Part shown: positions 40,841 through 50,381 of the stretch, piece by piece | Numbering within the stretch: position 1 is the first letter of the stretch | Layout: each line of letters opens with the position of its first letter | DNA from: an uncultured Actinomycetes bacterium | GTDB taxonomy: Bacteria; SZUA-79; Acidulodesulfobacterales; Acidulodesulfobacteraceae | DNA length: 64,000 nt | Direction: 5' to 3' | Assembly (NCBI GenBank): GCA_964631685.1 | Contig: CAZVZU010000002.1 | Span: forward strand, 128,001 to 192,000 | Notes under the pieces: model-generated | The model's database searches: none | The model's input: only the letters and a program-made list of their open reading frames with translations | Told to the model about the DNA's origin: nothing | Made by a program: the position numbers and the translations under genes

Positions 40841-43403
40841 TTCTTATTATTATACTTAATAGCTTATTTTTAATATATATGACTTTTTTGATACTGCTTT
40901 TATTCGCAACGTATTTCCTTATTTTATCACTCTGCAATGCGACATCAAGCACGGCATCCTTACTAACATTTAAATCTATAGTAATAAGATCTCTCATCTT
41001 ACCATTTACCTGCACTGCTATATTACAGTTTTCCTGAACATAACCTGCAGATATAACTCTTGGCCAAGATGTTTTTTCTATACGAGTATCATTCAAAATT
41101 TCAAATGTTTCGGAGCATACATGGGGGATGAACGGATATAATATCATAATCACAGAGTTTAAAAAATATTTAAGCAGATATTTGTCGGCATAGCTCAAAA
41201 CCCTTCCTTTCTTAAAATCGTCCGCCGCATAATCATTAAAATTATTGAGCAACTCCATTACAGAGCTTATTATTGTATTGAAATGATAGCGTCCGTTCAT
41301 TTCCATTTCGGCTTTATCTATTACCCTACCTAATTGATAGACAATTTTTTTAACGTTCTTACTTATGTCGCTTTTTTTAATTGCATAGGGCGACTTATCG
41401 CTCCCCTTCTGAGATAGATTTTCATCCTCTATCTTAAAATCACTACTGATATTTTTCAAAATATCAGTATAAGCCACAATGGTTCTGTAAAACTTATTGA
41501 TAAATCTGAATGCCCCCTCAACACCTGAATCGTTCCACTCCAAATTTTTCTCGGGAGGTGCGGCAAAAAGTATAAAAAGCCTAACCGTATCGGCTCCGAA
41601 TTTCTTAATAAGTTCGTCCGGATCCACAACATTACCCCTAGATTTTGACATTTTAGCGCCATCTTTTACAACCATGCCCTGAGTTAATAAATTTTCAAAT
41701 GGTTCACTTAAGTCAAAATAGTTTAAATCCCTTAAAAGCTTCACAAAAAATCTTGCATACAAAAGGTGCATAACGGCATGTTCAACCCCGCCGATATACC
41801 TATTGACCGGAAGCCAACGCGCTATATCTTCTTTTTTAAACGGTGCGGAGCCGTCTTTGTTAAGGAGGGTATACCTTAAAAAATACCATGAAGACTCAAC
41901 GAACGTATCCATCGTGTCTGTTTCTCGCTTGGCATCACCACCGCATACCGGGCATGTTGTATGCACAAAGGATGTTAATGTCTCTAACGGCGACGAGCCG
42001 CCATCAACAAAGGCTGCATTATCCGGTAAAATCAACGGCAGATCGATTTCGTTTATAGGAACCAGCCCGCATTTTTTGCAGTAAACGATAGGAATTGGAC
42101 AGCCCCAATATCTTTGCCTTGATATTCCCCAATCCTTAAGCCTGTAATTGATAACCTTTTTGCCTATGCCATGCTTTTCCGCAAAAATGGAAATCTTTTC
42201 TTTTGCCTCATCTGAGAAAAGTCCGTCAAACTCTCCTGAATTAACAAGCTTTCCCTGCGCAGTATACGGAAGATCTCGACTGTCTTCGGATTGTATCACA
42301 CGGATTATATCTATAGCATATTTTTTGGCAAACTCATAGTCTCTTTCATCATGCGCGGGAACAGACATTATTGCCCCTGTTCCATAATCCATTAAAACAA
42401 AATTTACTACATATATCGGAATCTTTCTATTCGTAAACGGATTGATAGCATAAAAATCCGTGAAAAATCCCTCCTTTTCCGCAATATCTTTAGACATCAT
42501 AGAATTATGAATAATCTTTTCTAATTCTACATGTTTTTCGGAACCCTCGGTTAATTTTTCGGCAAGCGGATGAAACGGGGAAATAGCAATAAAAGTTGCC
42601 CCGAATACAGTATCTGCCCTCGTAGTAAATATTTCTATTTTATCGTTATTTACTCCCCTGCCATCCCCCTCAAAACTGGCTATCTTAAAAAAAATACTTA
42701 AACCTGAACTTTTTCCAATCCAATTTTTCTGCATTGTCCTAACCTTGCTAGGCCAACCTTTTAAACTATCAGTATCTTTAAGCAACTCATCCGCATAAGC
42801 CGTTATCTTAAAGAACCATTGATCCATATTTTTTATCGTCACATTGTTTCCGCATCTCCAGCATTTGCCATCTTCCACTTGTTCATTGGCAAGGGTTGTA
42901 TGACACGAGTCACACCAATTGACATTTGAAATCTTTTTGTAGGCCAATCCTTTTTTAAATACCTGCAAAAAGAATAACTGTTCCCATTTATAATACGATT
43001 TATCGGATGTTATAATCATTCTATCCCAATCGTATGAAAAACCTAATCTTTTTAGTTGAACGGTCATGTAAGCTATATTGTTTTTTGTCCATATGGATGG
43101 GGTAGTCTTATTTTTTATTGCGGCATTTTCGGCAGGAAGTCCGAAACTGTCGAAACCGATAGGATGCAGAACATCAAAACCCTTCAATCTTTTAAAGCGA
43201 GCGATAACATCCCCTATCGCATAGTTTCTCACATGTCCCATGTGAATTCGGCCGGAAGGATATGGAAACATTTCTAAGCAATAGAAGGCTTTTTTATTAC
43301 TCAAAGTGTTATCTTTTACATTAAATGTACCGTCTTTTTCCCACACGCGCTGCCAACGGTTTTCAATTTTACTAAAGTCGTAATTTTTATCTATTTCAGC
43401 CAT
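40830..43403 (-). CDS. leuS: leucine--tRNA ligase
   Basis: MFPYPSG.IHMGH, GTGAIM.VPAHD.RD, DWGISRQRYWG, YIGGVEHA, KMSKS. Confidence 0.98.
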   Translation of the reverse strand: MAEIDKNYDFSKIENRWQRVWEKDGTFNVKDNTLSNKKAFYCLEMFPYPSGRIHMGHVRNYAIGDVIARFKRLKGFDVLHPIGFDSFGLPAENAAIKNKTTPSIWTKNNIAYMTVQLKRLGFSYDWDRMIITSDKSYYKWEQLFFLQVFKKGLAYKKISNVNWCDSCHTTLANEQVEDGKCWRCGNNVTIKNMDQWFFKITAYADELLKDTDSLKGWPSKVRTMQKNWIGKSSGLSIFFKIASFEGDGRGVNNDKIEIFTTRADTVFGATFIAISPFHPLAEKLTEGSEKHVELEKIIHNSMMSKDIAEKEGFFTDFYAINPFTNRKIPIYVVNFVLMDYGTGAIMSVPAHDERDYEFAKKYAIDIIRVIQSEDSRDLPYTAQGKLVNSGEFDGLFSDEAKEKISIFAEKHGIGKKVINYRLKDWGISRQRYWGCPIPIVYCKKCGLVPINEIDLPLILPDNAAFVDGGSSPLETLTSFVHTTCPVCGGDAKRETDTMDTFVESSWYFLRYTLLNKDGSAPFKKEDIARWLPVNRYIGGVEHAVMHLLYARFFVKLLRDLNYFDLSEPFENLLTQGMVVKDGAKMSKSRGNVVDPDELIKKFGADTVRLFILFAAPPEKNLEWNDSGVEGAFRFINKFYRTIVAYTDILKNISSDFKIEDENLSQKGSDKSPYAIKKSDISKNVKKIVYQLGRVIDKAEMEMNGRYHFNTIISSVMELLNNFNDYAADDFKKGRVLSYADKYLLKYFLNSVIMILYPFIPHVCSETFEILNDTRIEKTSWPRVISAGYVQENCNIAVQVNGKMRDLITIDLNVSKDAVLDVALQSDKIRKYVANKSSIKKVIYIKNKLLSIIIRNEK

Positions 43404-43461
43404 ATATACTTGTAAAATCTATTCATCAAAAATAAACATTAATATAATTTTATGTTATCTT

Positions 43462-43923
43462 TTACACATACTTCACTACAGAAATAAAAAACAGTATGGT
43501 CCCCACAACAACGGAGCTATCCGCAATATTAAAGCTTGGCCAATGATAATTGTAAAGATGAAAATCAAGAAAATCCACCACGTAGCCTTGAAGAACCCTG
43601 CTTAAAAGATTTGAAAACGCACCTGCTATTACCAAGGATAAAGATACTATGAATAAACCGGAATTAACTTTTAACCTAAACAAAATAAAGGTTACAAAGA
43701 TAATAATCAGGGCCGTTAATATTATAATAATGAGCGACGAATAACTATTCATAAGCCCAAAAGCAATGCCGGCATTATCAACATGGACTATGTTGAAATA
43801 ATACCTTATTACGGTTATCTTGTGAAATAAGGCTATATGGTTATCGGTTAAATATTTCAAATATTGATCGACAAACAAAATGGGAAGAAAAATAGAAATC
43901 AATATAGTCAATTTCTTTTTCAT
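43462..43923 (-). CDS. lspA: lipoprotein signal peptidase II
   Basis: DQ..K, N.G.AFG, VVDFLD, WP.FNIADS. Confidence 0.95.
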   Translation of the reverse strand: MKKKLTILISIFLPILFVDQYLKYLTDNHIALFHKITVIRYYFNIVHVDNAGIAFGLMNSYSSLIIIILTALIIIFVTFILFRLKVNSGLFIVSLSLVIAGAFSNLLSRVLQGYVVDFLDFHLYNYHWPSFNIADSSVVVGTILFFISVVKYV

Positions 43924-43937
43924 TTGCGTTGGTTCGG

Positions 43938-45158
43938 TTAAAGTGGTTTACTTGAATTATTTTTTTTGGAACAGCCTATTAACGCCTCAATACCAGGAAG
44001 CTTCTTTCCCTCTAAAAGCTCTAAGAACGCGCCTCCTCCAGTCGAAACATACGACATCTTGGCAAACTCTCCCGCCCTGTGCAAAGCAACATCAGTATCG
44101 CCTCCGCCTACGATTGTAAGGGCGTAGGCATTTGCCACACTTGAAACCAATGCAAATGTTCCTCTGCTAAAAGCATCGAATTCAAACACGCCCATTGGAC
44201 CGTTCCATACAATTGTCTTTGCATTTTGAATGGCCTCGGTAAAAAGGGTCACGGTTGCAGGACCTATATCTAGTGCCATCCAATCTTTTGAAATTTCCTG
44301 AACGGTAGTAACCTTGGTTTCTGCATCAGGAGCAAACTTATCAGCAATAACTACATCCACAGGAAGATAAAGCTTGATATTTTTTTCCTTCACTTTTTTG
44401 AGCGTTTTTTTTGCATATTCGATCATGTCATCTTCAACCATGGAACTGCCAATATCATATCCCATAGCCTTAAGGAAGGTATTGGACATAGCCCCACCTA
44501 TGATAAGTTTATCTACTTTATCGGCTAAATTTGACAATACCTCTATCTTCCCAGAAACCTTAGCCCCACCTACAATGGCAACAAACGGTTTCATCGGACT
44601 TTCTATCGCCCTCGTAAAATAATTCAGCTCTTTTCTTATCAGAAAACCAGCAGCGCAAGTCTTTACGAATTTTGTAACGGAAATATTAGAGGCGTGAGAC
44701 CTGTGGGCAGTAGCAAACGCATCATTGACATAAATATCACACAATGAAGCTAATTTCTTTCCAAATTCCTCATCATTTTTTGTTTCTTCAGAATAAAATC
44801 TTAGATTTTCTAACAGTATGACGTTGCCGTAAGATGATGATTTTACAGCGCTTTCTGCTAACTCACCGACACAATCACTTACAAATTTAACGTCTTTATC
44901 CAGTAACCTGCTTAATCTTTTCGCAACAACTATAAGCGAAAGCCCGGTAACCTTATTCCCCGTGGGCCTACCCATGTGAGACATTAAAACTACCTTTGCA
45001 TCTTCATCCAAGCAGTAATTGATAGTAGGAAGAACGGCCCTAATCCTTGTGTCATCGGCGATATTCCCGTTTTGGTCAAGTGGAACGTTAAAATCTACCC
45101 TTATAAGAACGGTTTTATTCGTTATGTCTATTTCGTCGATATAAACTATATTTTCCAT
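43938..45158 (-). CDS. pgk: phosphoglycerate kinase
   Basis: RVDFNVP, SHMGRP, LENLRF, GGAKVS.KI, WNGPMG.FE, STGGGA; TAATG overlap with the gap stop. Confidence 0.98.
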   Translation of the reverse strand: MENIVYIDEIDITNKTVLIRVDFNVPLDQNGNIADDTRIRAVLPTINYCLDEDAKVVLMSHMGRPTGNKVTGLSLIVVAKRLSRLLDKDVKFVSDCVGELAESAVKSSSYGNVILLENLRFYSEETKNDEEFGKKLASLCDIYVNDAFATAHRSHASNISVTKFVKTCAAGFLIRKELNYFTRAIESPMKPFVAIVGGAKVSGKIEVLSNLADKVDKLIIGGAMSNTFLKAMGYDIGSSMVEDDMIEYAKKTLKKVKEKNIKLYLPVDVVIADKFAPDAETKVTTVQEISKDWMALDIGPATVTLFTEAIQNAKTIVWNGPMGVFEFDAFSRGTFALVSSVANAYALTIVGGGDTDVALHRAGEFAKMSYVSTGGGAFLELLEGKKLPGIEALIGCSKKNNSSKPL

Positions 45159-46171
45159 TATCGCATCATCATAATCGTCATCTCGGCAAGCCTTGTGGAA
45201 TAGCCCCATTCATTGTCATACCACGACAAAACTTTAACCAAATCATCCCCTATAACCTTTGTGCTAAGAGAATCAACAATGGAAGAATATGGATTTCCTA
45301 CATAATCGATCGAAACTAATGCTTCCTTACTAAAAGCAAGAATTCCTCTCAAATATGTTTCAGATGCCTCTTCTAACTTAGAATTTACCTCTAAAACCGA
45401 GGTTTTCTTAGAAACCTTGCATACCAGATCATTAATAGAAACATCAGGCGTAGGCACCCTTAATGACATTCCGTCAAGTTTGCCCTTCAGTTCAGGTAAT
45501 ACATTGCAAACTGCCTTTGCGGCGCCGGTTGTTGTGGGAATAATGGACACCGAGGCTGCTCTTGCCCGCCTTAAATCTTTATGCGGCAAATCTAATATTC
45601 TCTGGTCATTCGTATAAGAGTGTACAGTTGTCATATTTCCCTTTTCTATTGTAAAATTTTCATGAATTACTTTGGCGACGGGAGCAAGGCAATTCGTAGT
45701 ACAAGATGCCATAGAGACAATAGAATGTTTATTTTTATCATAAATTTTATCGTTAACTCCAAGGACAATCGTAACATCAGAATCATTGGAAGGTGCTGAA
45801 ATCAAAACCTTTTTAGCTCCGGCTCTAAGATGTTTAGATGCATCGTCTCTTTTTATAAAAAGTCCTGTTGATTCAATAACCACATCAACGCCTAAGTGCT
45901 TCCATAAAAGCTCGGAAGGATCCTTTATCGCCGTAATTAAGGTCTCCCTGTCATCTGCAACAATATGATCAATATCGTAACCGACATAAAAATTTGCCTT
46001 ACCGTGAACCGAATCATATTTGAGGAGGTGGGCAAGCACTTGCGGATTGGTGATATCATTAATCGCGACCACGTCAATCCCTTCGCCCTTTGCTATCATG
46101 CCCTGTAATACCCTAAAAACATTTCTTCCTATTCTGCCAAATCCGTTTATAGCTATCCTTAAGTTTGCCAT
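45158..46171 (-). CDS. gap: type I glyceraldehyde-3-phosphate dehydrogenase
   Basis: INGFGRIGR, ASCTTNCLAP, WYDNEWGY; GGAGG RBS. Confidence 0.98.
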   Translation of the reverse strand: MANLRIAINGFGRIGRNVFRVLQGMIAKGEGIDVVAINDITNPQVLAHLLKYDSVHGKANFYVGYDIDHIVADDRETLITAIKDPSELLWKHLGVDVVIESTGLFIKRDDASKHLRAGAKKVLISAPSNDSDVTIVLGVNDKIYDKNKHSIVSMASCTTNCLAPVAKVIHENFTIEKGNMTTVHSYTNDQRILDLPHKDLRRARAASVSIIPTTTGAAKAVCNVLPELKGKLDGMSLRVPTPDVSINDLVCKVSKKTSVLEVNSKLEEASETYLRGILAFSKEALVSIDYVGNPYSSIVDSLSTKVIGDDLVKVLSWYDNEWGYSTRLAEMTIMMMR

Positions 46172-46506
46172 AAAACCTCCTTTATATCGTTCAGTAAACG
46201 TCAAACCATCAAGTAAACCGCGTGCCTTTCGTTTATTGCATTAAAAAACCGATACCATGCATATTTAAATTTAGGTTTTTAAATCCTTAAGCGCGGTTAA
46301 TTTATTCCAAACCTGATTGTCTGCCTTAGTCTCAAAATTTATTGAATTATTATATATTACAACCGCACACAATTACAATATATATTTATCCGCGCCTATC
46401 TAAATTCTTAACAATTCTGCAAAATTATGATAGAATATTGTTGGGTTTTCGGGCATCGCTGTGCTCACAAAAACGATGAATAAGTTAATTTTAGGTGGAG
46501 GCTTTT

Positions 46507-47172
46507 ATGTTTAATTATAAAGGACTTGCAGTAGAAAGATTTTGCCATGACAGCTTTATGGTAACCGACGGCAAGGTTAATTTGTACTTTGACCCGTTTA
46601 AACTACTCAATGCCAATCCCAAAGCGGATTACATTTTTGTATCCCATGAACATTTCGACCACTTTTCTATGGACGATATTCATAAAATAATAAAAGACTC
46701 TACCGTGCTATTTATGAATGAGATGACACACAAAGAGCTAGATTCTTTGCTTGATAATAAAGTTGTAATTATTGCACCAGGCAACTCAATGGATTTTAAA
46801 GACTTTCATATCGAAGGAGTTCCTGCGTATAACATAAATAAATTCAAAGAACCCGGCAAGGTTTATCATCCCAAAGAGGATAATAAACTCGGATTTATTG
46901 TAACATTTAACGGGATTAAGATATATCATATGGGTGACACAGACAACATACCGGAGATTGACAATTTGACTTCAAAAAACATTGATCTGTTGTTTATACC
47001 GGTCAGTGGCACTTATGTTATGACACCTCTCGAGGCGATAGGAGCGGCTGAAAAAATCGGGGCGAGTATATCTATCCCTATGCATTACGGGACCATAGTA
47101 GGCGACAAAACACAAGCGGAATATTTTAAGGAAGGTTGTAAAAAAAAGGGGTTAAGCTCCGTAATTATATAA
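46507..47172 (+). CDS. MBL-fold metallo-hydrolase (UlaG-like)
   Basis: SHEHFDH, YHMGDT, IPMHYG; GGAGG RBS. Confidence 0.88.
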   Translation: MFNYKGLAVERFCHDSFMVTDGKVNLYFDPFKLLNANPKADYIFVSHEHFDHFSMDDIHKIIKDSTVLFMNEMTHKELDSLLDNKVVIIAPGNSMDFKDFHIEGVPAYNINKFKEPGKVYHPKEDNKLGFIVTFNGIKIYHMGDTDNIPEIDNLTSKNIDLLFIPVSGTYVMTPLEAIGAAEKIGASISIPMHYGTIVGDKTQAEYFKEGCKKKGLSSVII

Positions 47173-47195
47173 CTTGGAAAGAGGAAAATTACCGT

Positions 47196-48146
47196 ATGAG
47201 CGGAAAAGAAAGCTATGTTCCGATAGTAATTGAAAGCCTGATTTTTGGCAAAAATTCAGATTATCCTCTCTATATAGGTTCGGGGTCAAGCTATATTCTT
47301 TATCGGTCAAAAGCCCTCATATTTTCTCAAAACGAGGCGCTAAGACTGAAAAATAACGGGGTTAAACATCTTTATATTCTAGAAAATGATAAAGAAAAAT
47401 ATGAAAACGATATAGCAGAACACATAGAAAATATAGTTGACTCAAAAAATCTAAGCTTAGAGGAAAAAGCCGTAAAAATTTATATCTATTCCAAGGTTTA
47501 CGCTGAATGCGTTTTGACAACCGGCAACCTTAAGGATAACAAAAAAAATATGAAAAAAACCATAGAAATTACGGTTGACTATCTTTTAATAAGCGAATTT
47601 GCATTTACGAAGCTTTTAAATCTCTCTGATTACGATTATAACGAAGTAGGTCACGGTATGAATGTCAGTATTTATGCTATTTCCTTGGCGACAAGACTCG
47701 GTTTCGCAAATAAGCTGTCTCTGTACGAAATTGGCCTTGCAGGACTACTGCACGATATCGGAAAATTAAAAATTCCAAAAACAATTATGCTAAAAAATAA
47801 GTTAAACGACGCAGAATTAAGTCAAATTAAAGCGCATCCCGTGTATTCTAGGGAAATTTTAATACAAAACAACATGGATAACGACGATATTATCAATGGC
47901 GTTATAGAACACCATGAGGCTTCGGACGGTAGTGGTTACCCATTCGGGAAAACGGAAGAGCATATCTCTACTTACGGAAAGATCTTGATAATTGCTAATA
48001 AATTTGACTCTTTGACCAGAAATAGGCCATACAGAATAAAACTAAACAAATATGATGCGTTAAATCAGATGGTTGTAAACAGCGCTCTTTACAACAATGC
48101 CTTCCTAAAAGAGTTTACATTGCTGATGTCAAAACAACCCGTTTGA
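47196..48146 (+). CDS. HD-GYP domain protein
   Basis: LLHDIGK, HHE..DGSGYP, RPY motifs. Confidence 0.88.
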   Translation: MSGKESYVPIVIESLIFGKNSDYPLYIGSGSSYILYRSKALIFSQNEALRLKNNGVKHLYILENDKEKYENDIAEHIENIVDSKNLSLEEKAVKIYIYSKVYAECVLTTGNLKDNKKNMKKTIEITVDYLLISEFAFTKLLNLSDYDYNEVGHGMNVSIYAISLATRLGFANKLSLYEIGLAGLLHDIGKLKIPKTIMLKNKLNDAELSQIKAHPVYSREILIQNNMDNDDIINGVIEHHEASDGSGYPFGKTEEHISTYGKILIIANKFDSLTRNRPYRIKLNKYDALNQMVVNSALYNNAFLKEFTLLMSKQPV

Positions 48147-48147
48147 A

Positions 48148-48234
48148 TGGTGCCGAAGGCCGGAATTGAACCGGCACGGATAATTATCCACCACCCCCTC
48201 AAGATGGCGTGTCTACCAATTCCACCACTTCGGC
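48148..48234 (-). tRNA. tRNA-Leu(GAG)
   Basis: GCCGAAG/CTTCGGC acceptor stem, CCATC-TTGAGGG-GGTGG anticodon arm, long variable arm, GGTTCAATTCC T-arm, encoded CCA; downstream of secG. Confidence 0.97.
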
Positions 48235-48276
48235 ATTTTAATAAAGAATCAATAATTCGATACAGGCTATTATTTA

Positions 48277-48621
48277 TTATTTAACCGCTTTTGATTGCTT
48301 CGCTAACGCCTTAGGTAGAGGAACGGTAATATTCTTAACCGCAGCAGATTGTTCCGTCTTCTTGAGATAGCTTTTAATTGAGATTGGGCTAACCTGCTTT
48401 GCCGAAATATAGGATATTAGAAATGCCGTTGCCATGAAAATAACGGCCAAAACAGCAGTGGCTTTAGTCAAAAAATTACCCGCACCGGAAGCTCCAAATA
48501 CAGTCTGCGAACTACCACCAAACACGGCGCCCATTTCTTGCCCTTTACCTTGTTGCATTAAAATAACAACGATCAAAAAAAAGGCAGAAACTATAAATAT
48601 AACCATCAGAAATTCCATCAT
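48277..48621 (-). CDS. secG: preprotein translocase subunit SecG
   Basis: ILMQQGKG..MGA.FGG, GA..FLTK.T; two TM helices. Confidence 0.96.
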   Translation of the reverse strand: MMEFLMVIFIVSAFFLIVVILMQQGKGQEMGAVFGGSSQTVFGASGAGNFLTKATAVLAVIFMATAFLISYISAKQVSPISIKSYLKKTEQSAAVKNITVPLPKALAKQSKAVK

Positions 48622-48630
48622 AATTAGATT

Positions 48631-48659
48631 ATATTAATAGAATATAAAATAAAAGTCAA
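48631..48659 (-). promoter_or_regulatory. putative sigma-70 promoter of secG-tRNA-Leu
   Basis: minus strand TTGACT-17 nt-TAATAT. Confidence 0.5.
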
Positions 48660-48718
48660 CCACATAATAATAAAAAATATCGCTTCTAAAAATATATTTT
48701 TTATTGTAGAATTTATGC

Positions 48719-49714
48719 ATGAAAAAAGAAATTCTTATCTACTTTTTTTACGGGAAAGATGATTTCAGGATCGCTAAAGAGATAAATCGAATAAAATATA
48801 GCGTGTTAAAAAAAGAGCAGGTGGATTTTAATTTCGACAACCTTGTATCACCTTCTATAGATGAATTTCTGGATACAAGTAATGTTTATCCGGTCTTGTC
48901 AGAGAGAAGGGTTATATGCATAGATGATTTTGACGGTTATTTTCTTAATAATGCGGATCTACTCAATTACTTAGATTCTCCGTCTCCTACGTCAATAATA
49001 ATATTCTACGACCGAAACTTAAAAATTAATTTAAATAACAAATTTTTCAAAAAATTAAAAGGCAAGGATTATTTTAAACTGTCCAAAATTCGGCCTTTAT
49101 ACGACAATGAGCTTTTCCCTTATATTAAAAATTTATCTAAAGAAAAAGATATAAAAATTTCTGACGAATCAATATACTATATCGTTAGATATACGGGCAA
49201 TAACACTGCAATCATTGATAATGAGCTTGATAAAATAGCATCTGGAATTAAACCTGAAAATAGATCTAAGGTACTGTCCGTTAGCGAATTAAAACCGTTT
49301 CTTTCTTTCTCAAAAACATTTAGTATTTTTGACCTTATCGATAAAATCCTTGACAAGGATGCAAGGAGAGCGTTTTCAATATTTAGCGCTATTTACGACG
49401 ATGGGGAAAAACCAATAAAAATCGCACCAATGTTATACAATGAGATAAGAAAACTGCACAGAGCAAAACTGCAGGAGTCCGCGGGAATAAACATGGAAAC
49501 TATCTTGCAAGTAAATTCAATCTTGCCCTTTCTGAAAAACAAATTCCTAAGAAACCTGTCGCTATTTTCAATACGCGAGCTTAAAAAAATGATGGAACTG
49601 CTTGAAGAAGTAGACATTAAACTCAAGACAACAGCCTACCCGCACAACCTAATATTCGAAGAATTTATATTTAAACTTAACCTTTTAGATAATCCTCGAA
49701 ATAGGTGTGCTTAA
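48719..49714 (+). CDS. holA: DNA polymerase III subunit delta
   Basis: Y.FYG.D.F N-terminus, NELDK, IFDL.D, D..LKT; convergent with rpsT. Confidence 0.88.
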   Translation: MKKEILIYFFYGKDDFRIAKEINRIKYSVLKKEQVDFNFDNLVSPSIDEFLDTSNVYPVLSERRVICIDDFDGYFLNNADLLNYLDSPSPTSIIIFYDRNLKINLNNKFFKKLKGKDYFKLSKIRPLYDNELFPYIKNLSKEKDIKISDESIYYIVRYTGNNTAIIDNELDKIASGIKPENRSKVLSVSELKPFLSFSKTFSIFDLIDKILDKDARRAFSIFSAIYDDGEKPIKIAPMLYNEIRKLHRAKLQESAGINMETILQVNSILPFLKNKFLRNLSLFSIRELKKMMELLEEVDIKLKTTAYPHNLIFEEFIFKLNLLDNPRNRCA

Positions 49715-49720
49715 CTAACC

Positions 49721-49984
49721 TTATTTGACTGCGTTATGAAGTTTAGATAGCGCGGAAACTTTCCTAGAAGCATTATTCTTATGAATCACCCTTTTAGATG
49801 CTAGGTGCATGATATAAGACACATTTAGCTTAAAAAGAGTAGTTGCCGTTTCCTTATCATTCTGAGATACGGCCACCTTAAATTTTTTGATATTGGTCTT
49901 CATCTTTGAGATGCTACTTGTGTTGCGCAATGTTCTTTTTTTTGTTTGTCTTGCTCTTTTTTTAGCCGATTCGTGGTTTGCCAT
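49721..49984 (-). CDS. rpsT: 30S ribosomal protein S20
   Basis: MANHESAKKRARQ, IHKNNASRK.S.L. Confidence 0.97.
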   Translation of the reverse strand: MANHESAKKRARQTKKRTLRNTSSISKMKTNIKKFKVAVSQNDKETATTLFKLNVSYIMHLASKRVIHKNNASRKVSALSKLHNAVK

Positions 49985-50086
49985 AATATTTACCCCTTAA
50001 TTTTATAATTAATCCCTCTACAACAGTAACTTTTGATTCTAACAAACTTTTTATTTAAAAGCAAACAAAAATATGCCCTGTCTCAC

Positions 50087-50365
50087 CTAATCACCAGAGG
50101 ATATGCAGGTTACGAAATGTTTACTTGAAATATCCTTCATTATATTGTCAAAGTCGTTACTGAACACCTCAACCGAAACATCGAAGAGACCTGTAATAAT
50201 ATCTTTTATCTCCTTATCTGTTTTATTGCCGTCGCATAATGATAAAATATTAAAAGAAACCTCGTTTAATCTGTATATATCGCCTGCATCTGTATTAAAA
50301 AGCATATAACCGTTTTCATCGCTGCGCAGACTAAACTTTTCATCAAGTTTATATATTTTAGTCAT
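50087..50365 (-). CDS. PqqD-family RiPP recognition element (RRE)
   Basis: 92 aa; beta-strands then LNE....IL.LCDG..T..EI...I...FDV PqqD pattern; next to an rSAM/SPASM gene. Confidence 0.88.
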   Translation of the reverse strand: MTKIYKLDEKFSLRSDENGYMLFNTDAGDIYRLNEVSFNILSLCDGNKTDKEIKDIITGLFDVSVEVFSNDFDNIMKDISSKHFVTCISSGD

Positions 50366-50381
50366 ATAAATATCTCATAAA

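Noticed and set aside
48148..48234. tRNA-Leu as an integration site for an island
   Set aside because: No integrase and no duplicated tRNA 3' end seen in the window.
49985..50086. Short ORF downstream of the PqqD gene as a RiPP precursor
   Set aside because: Only an 11-codon GTG-started frame without leader or core character; the region looks like the rpsT promoter and RBS.
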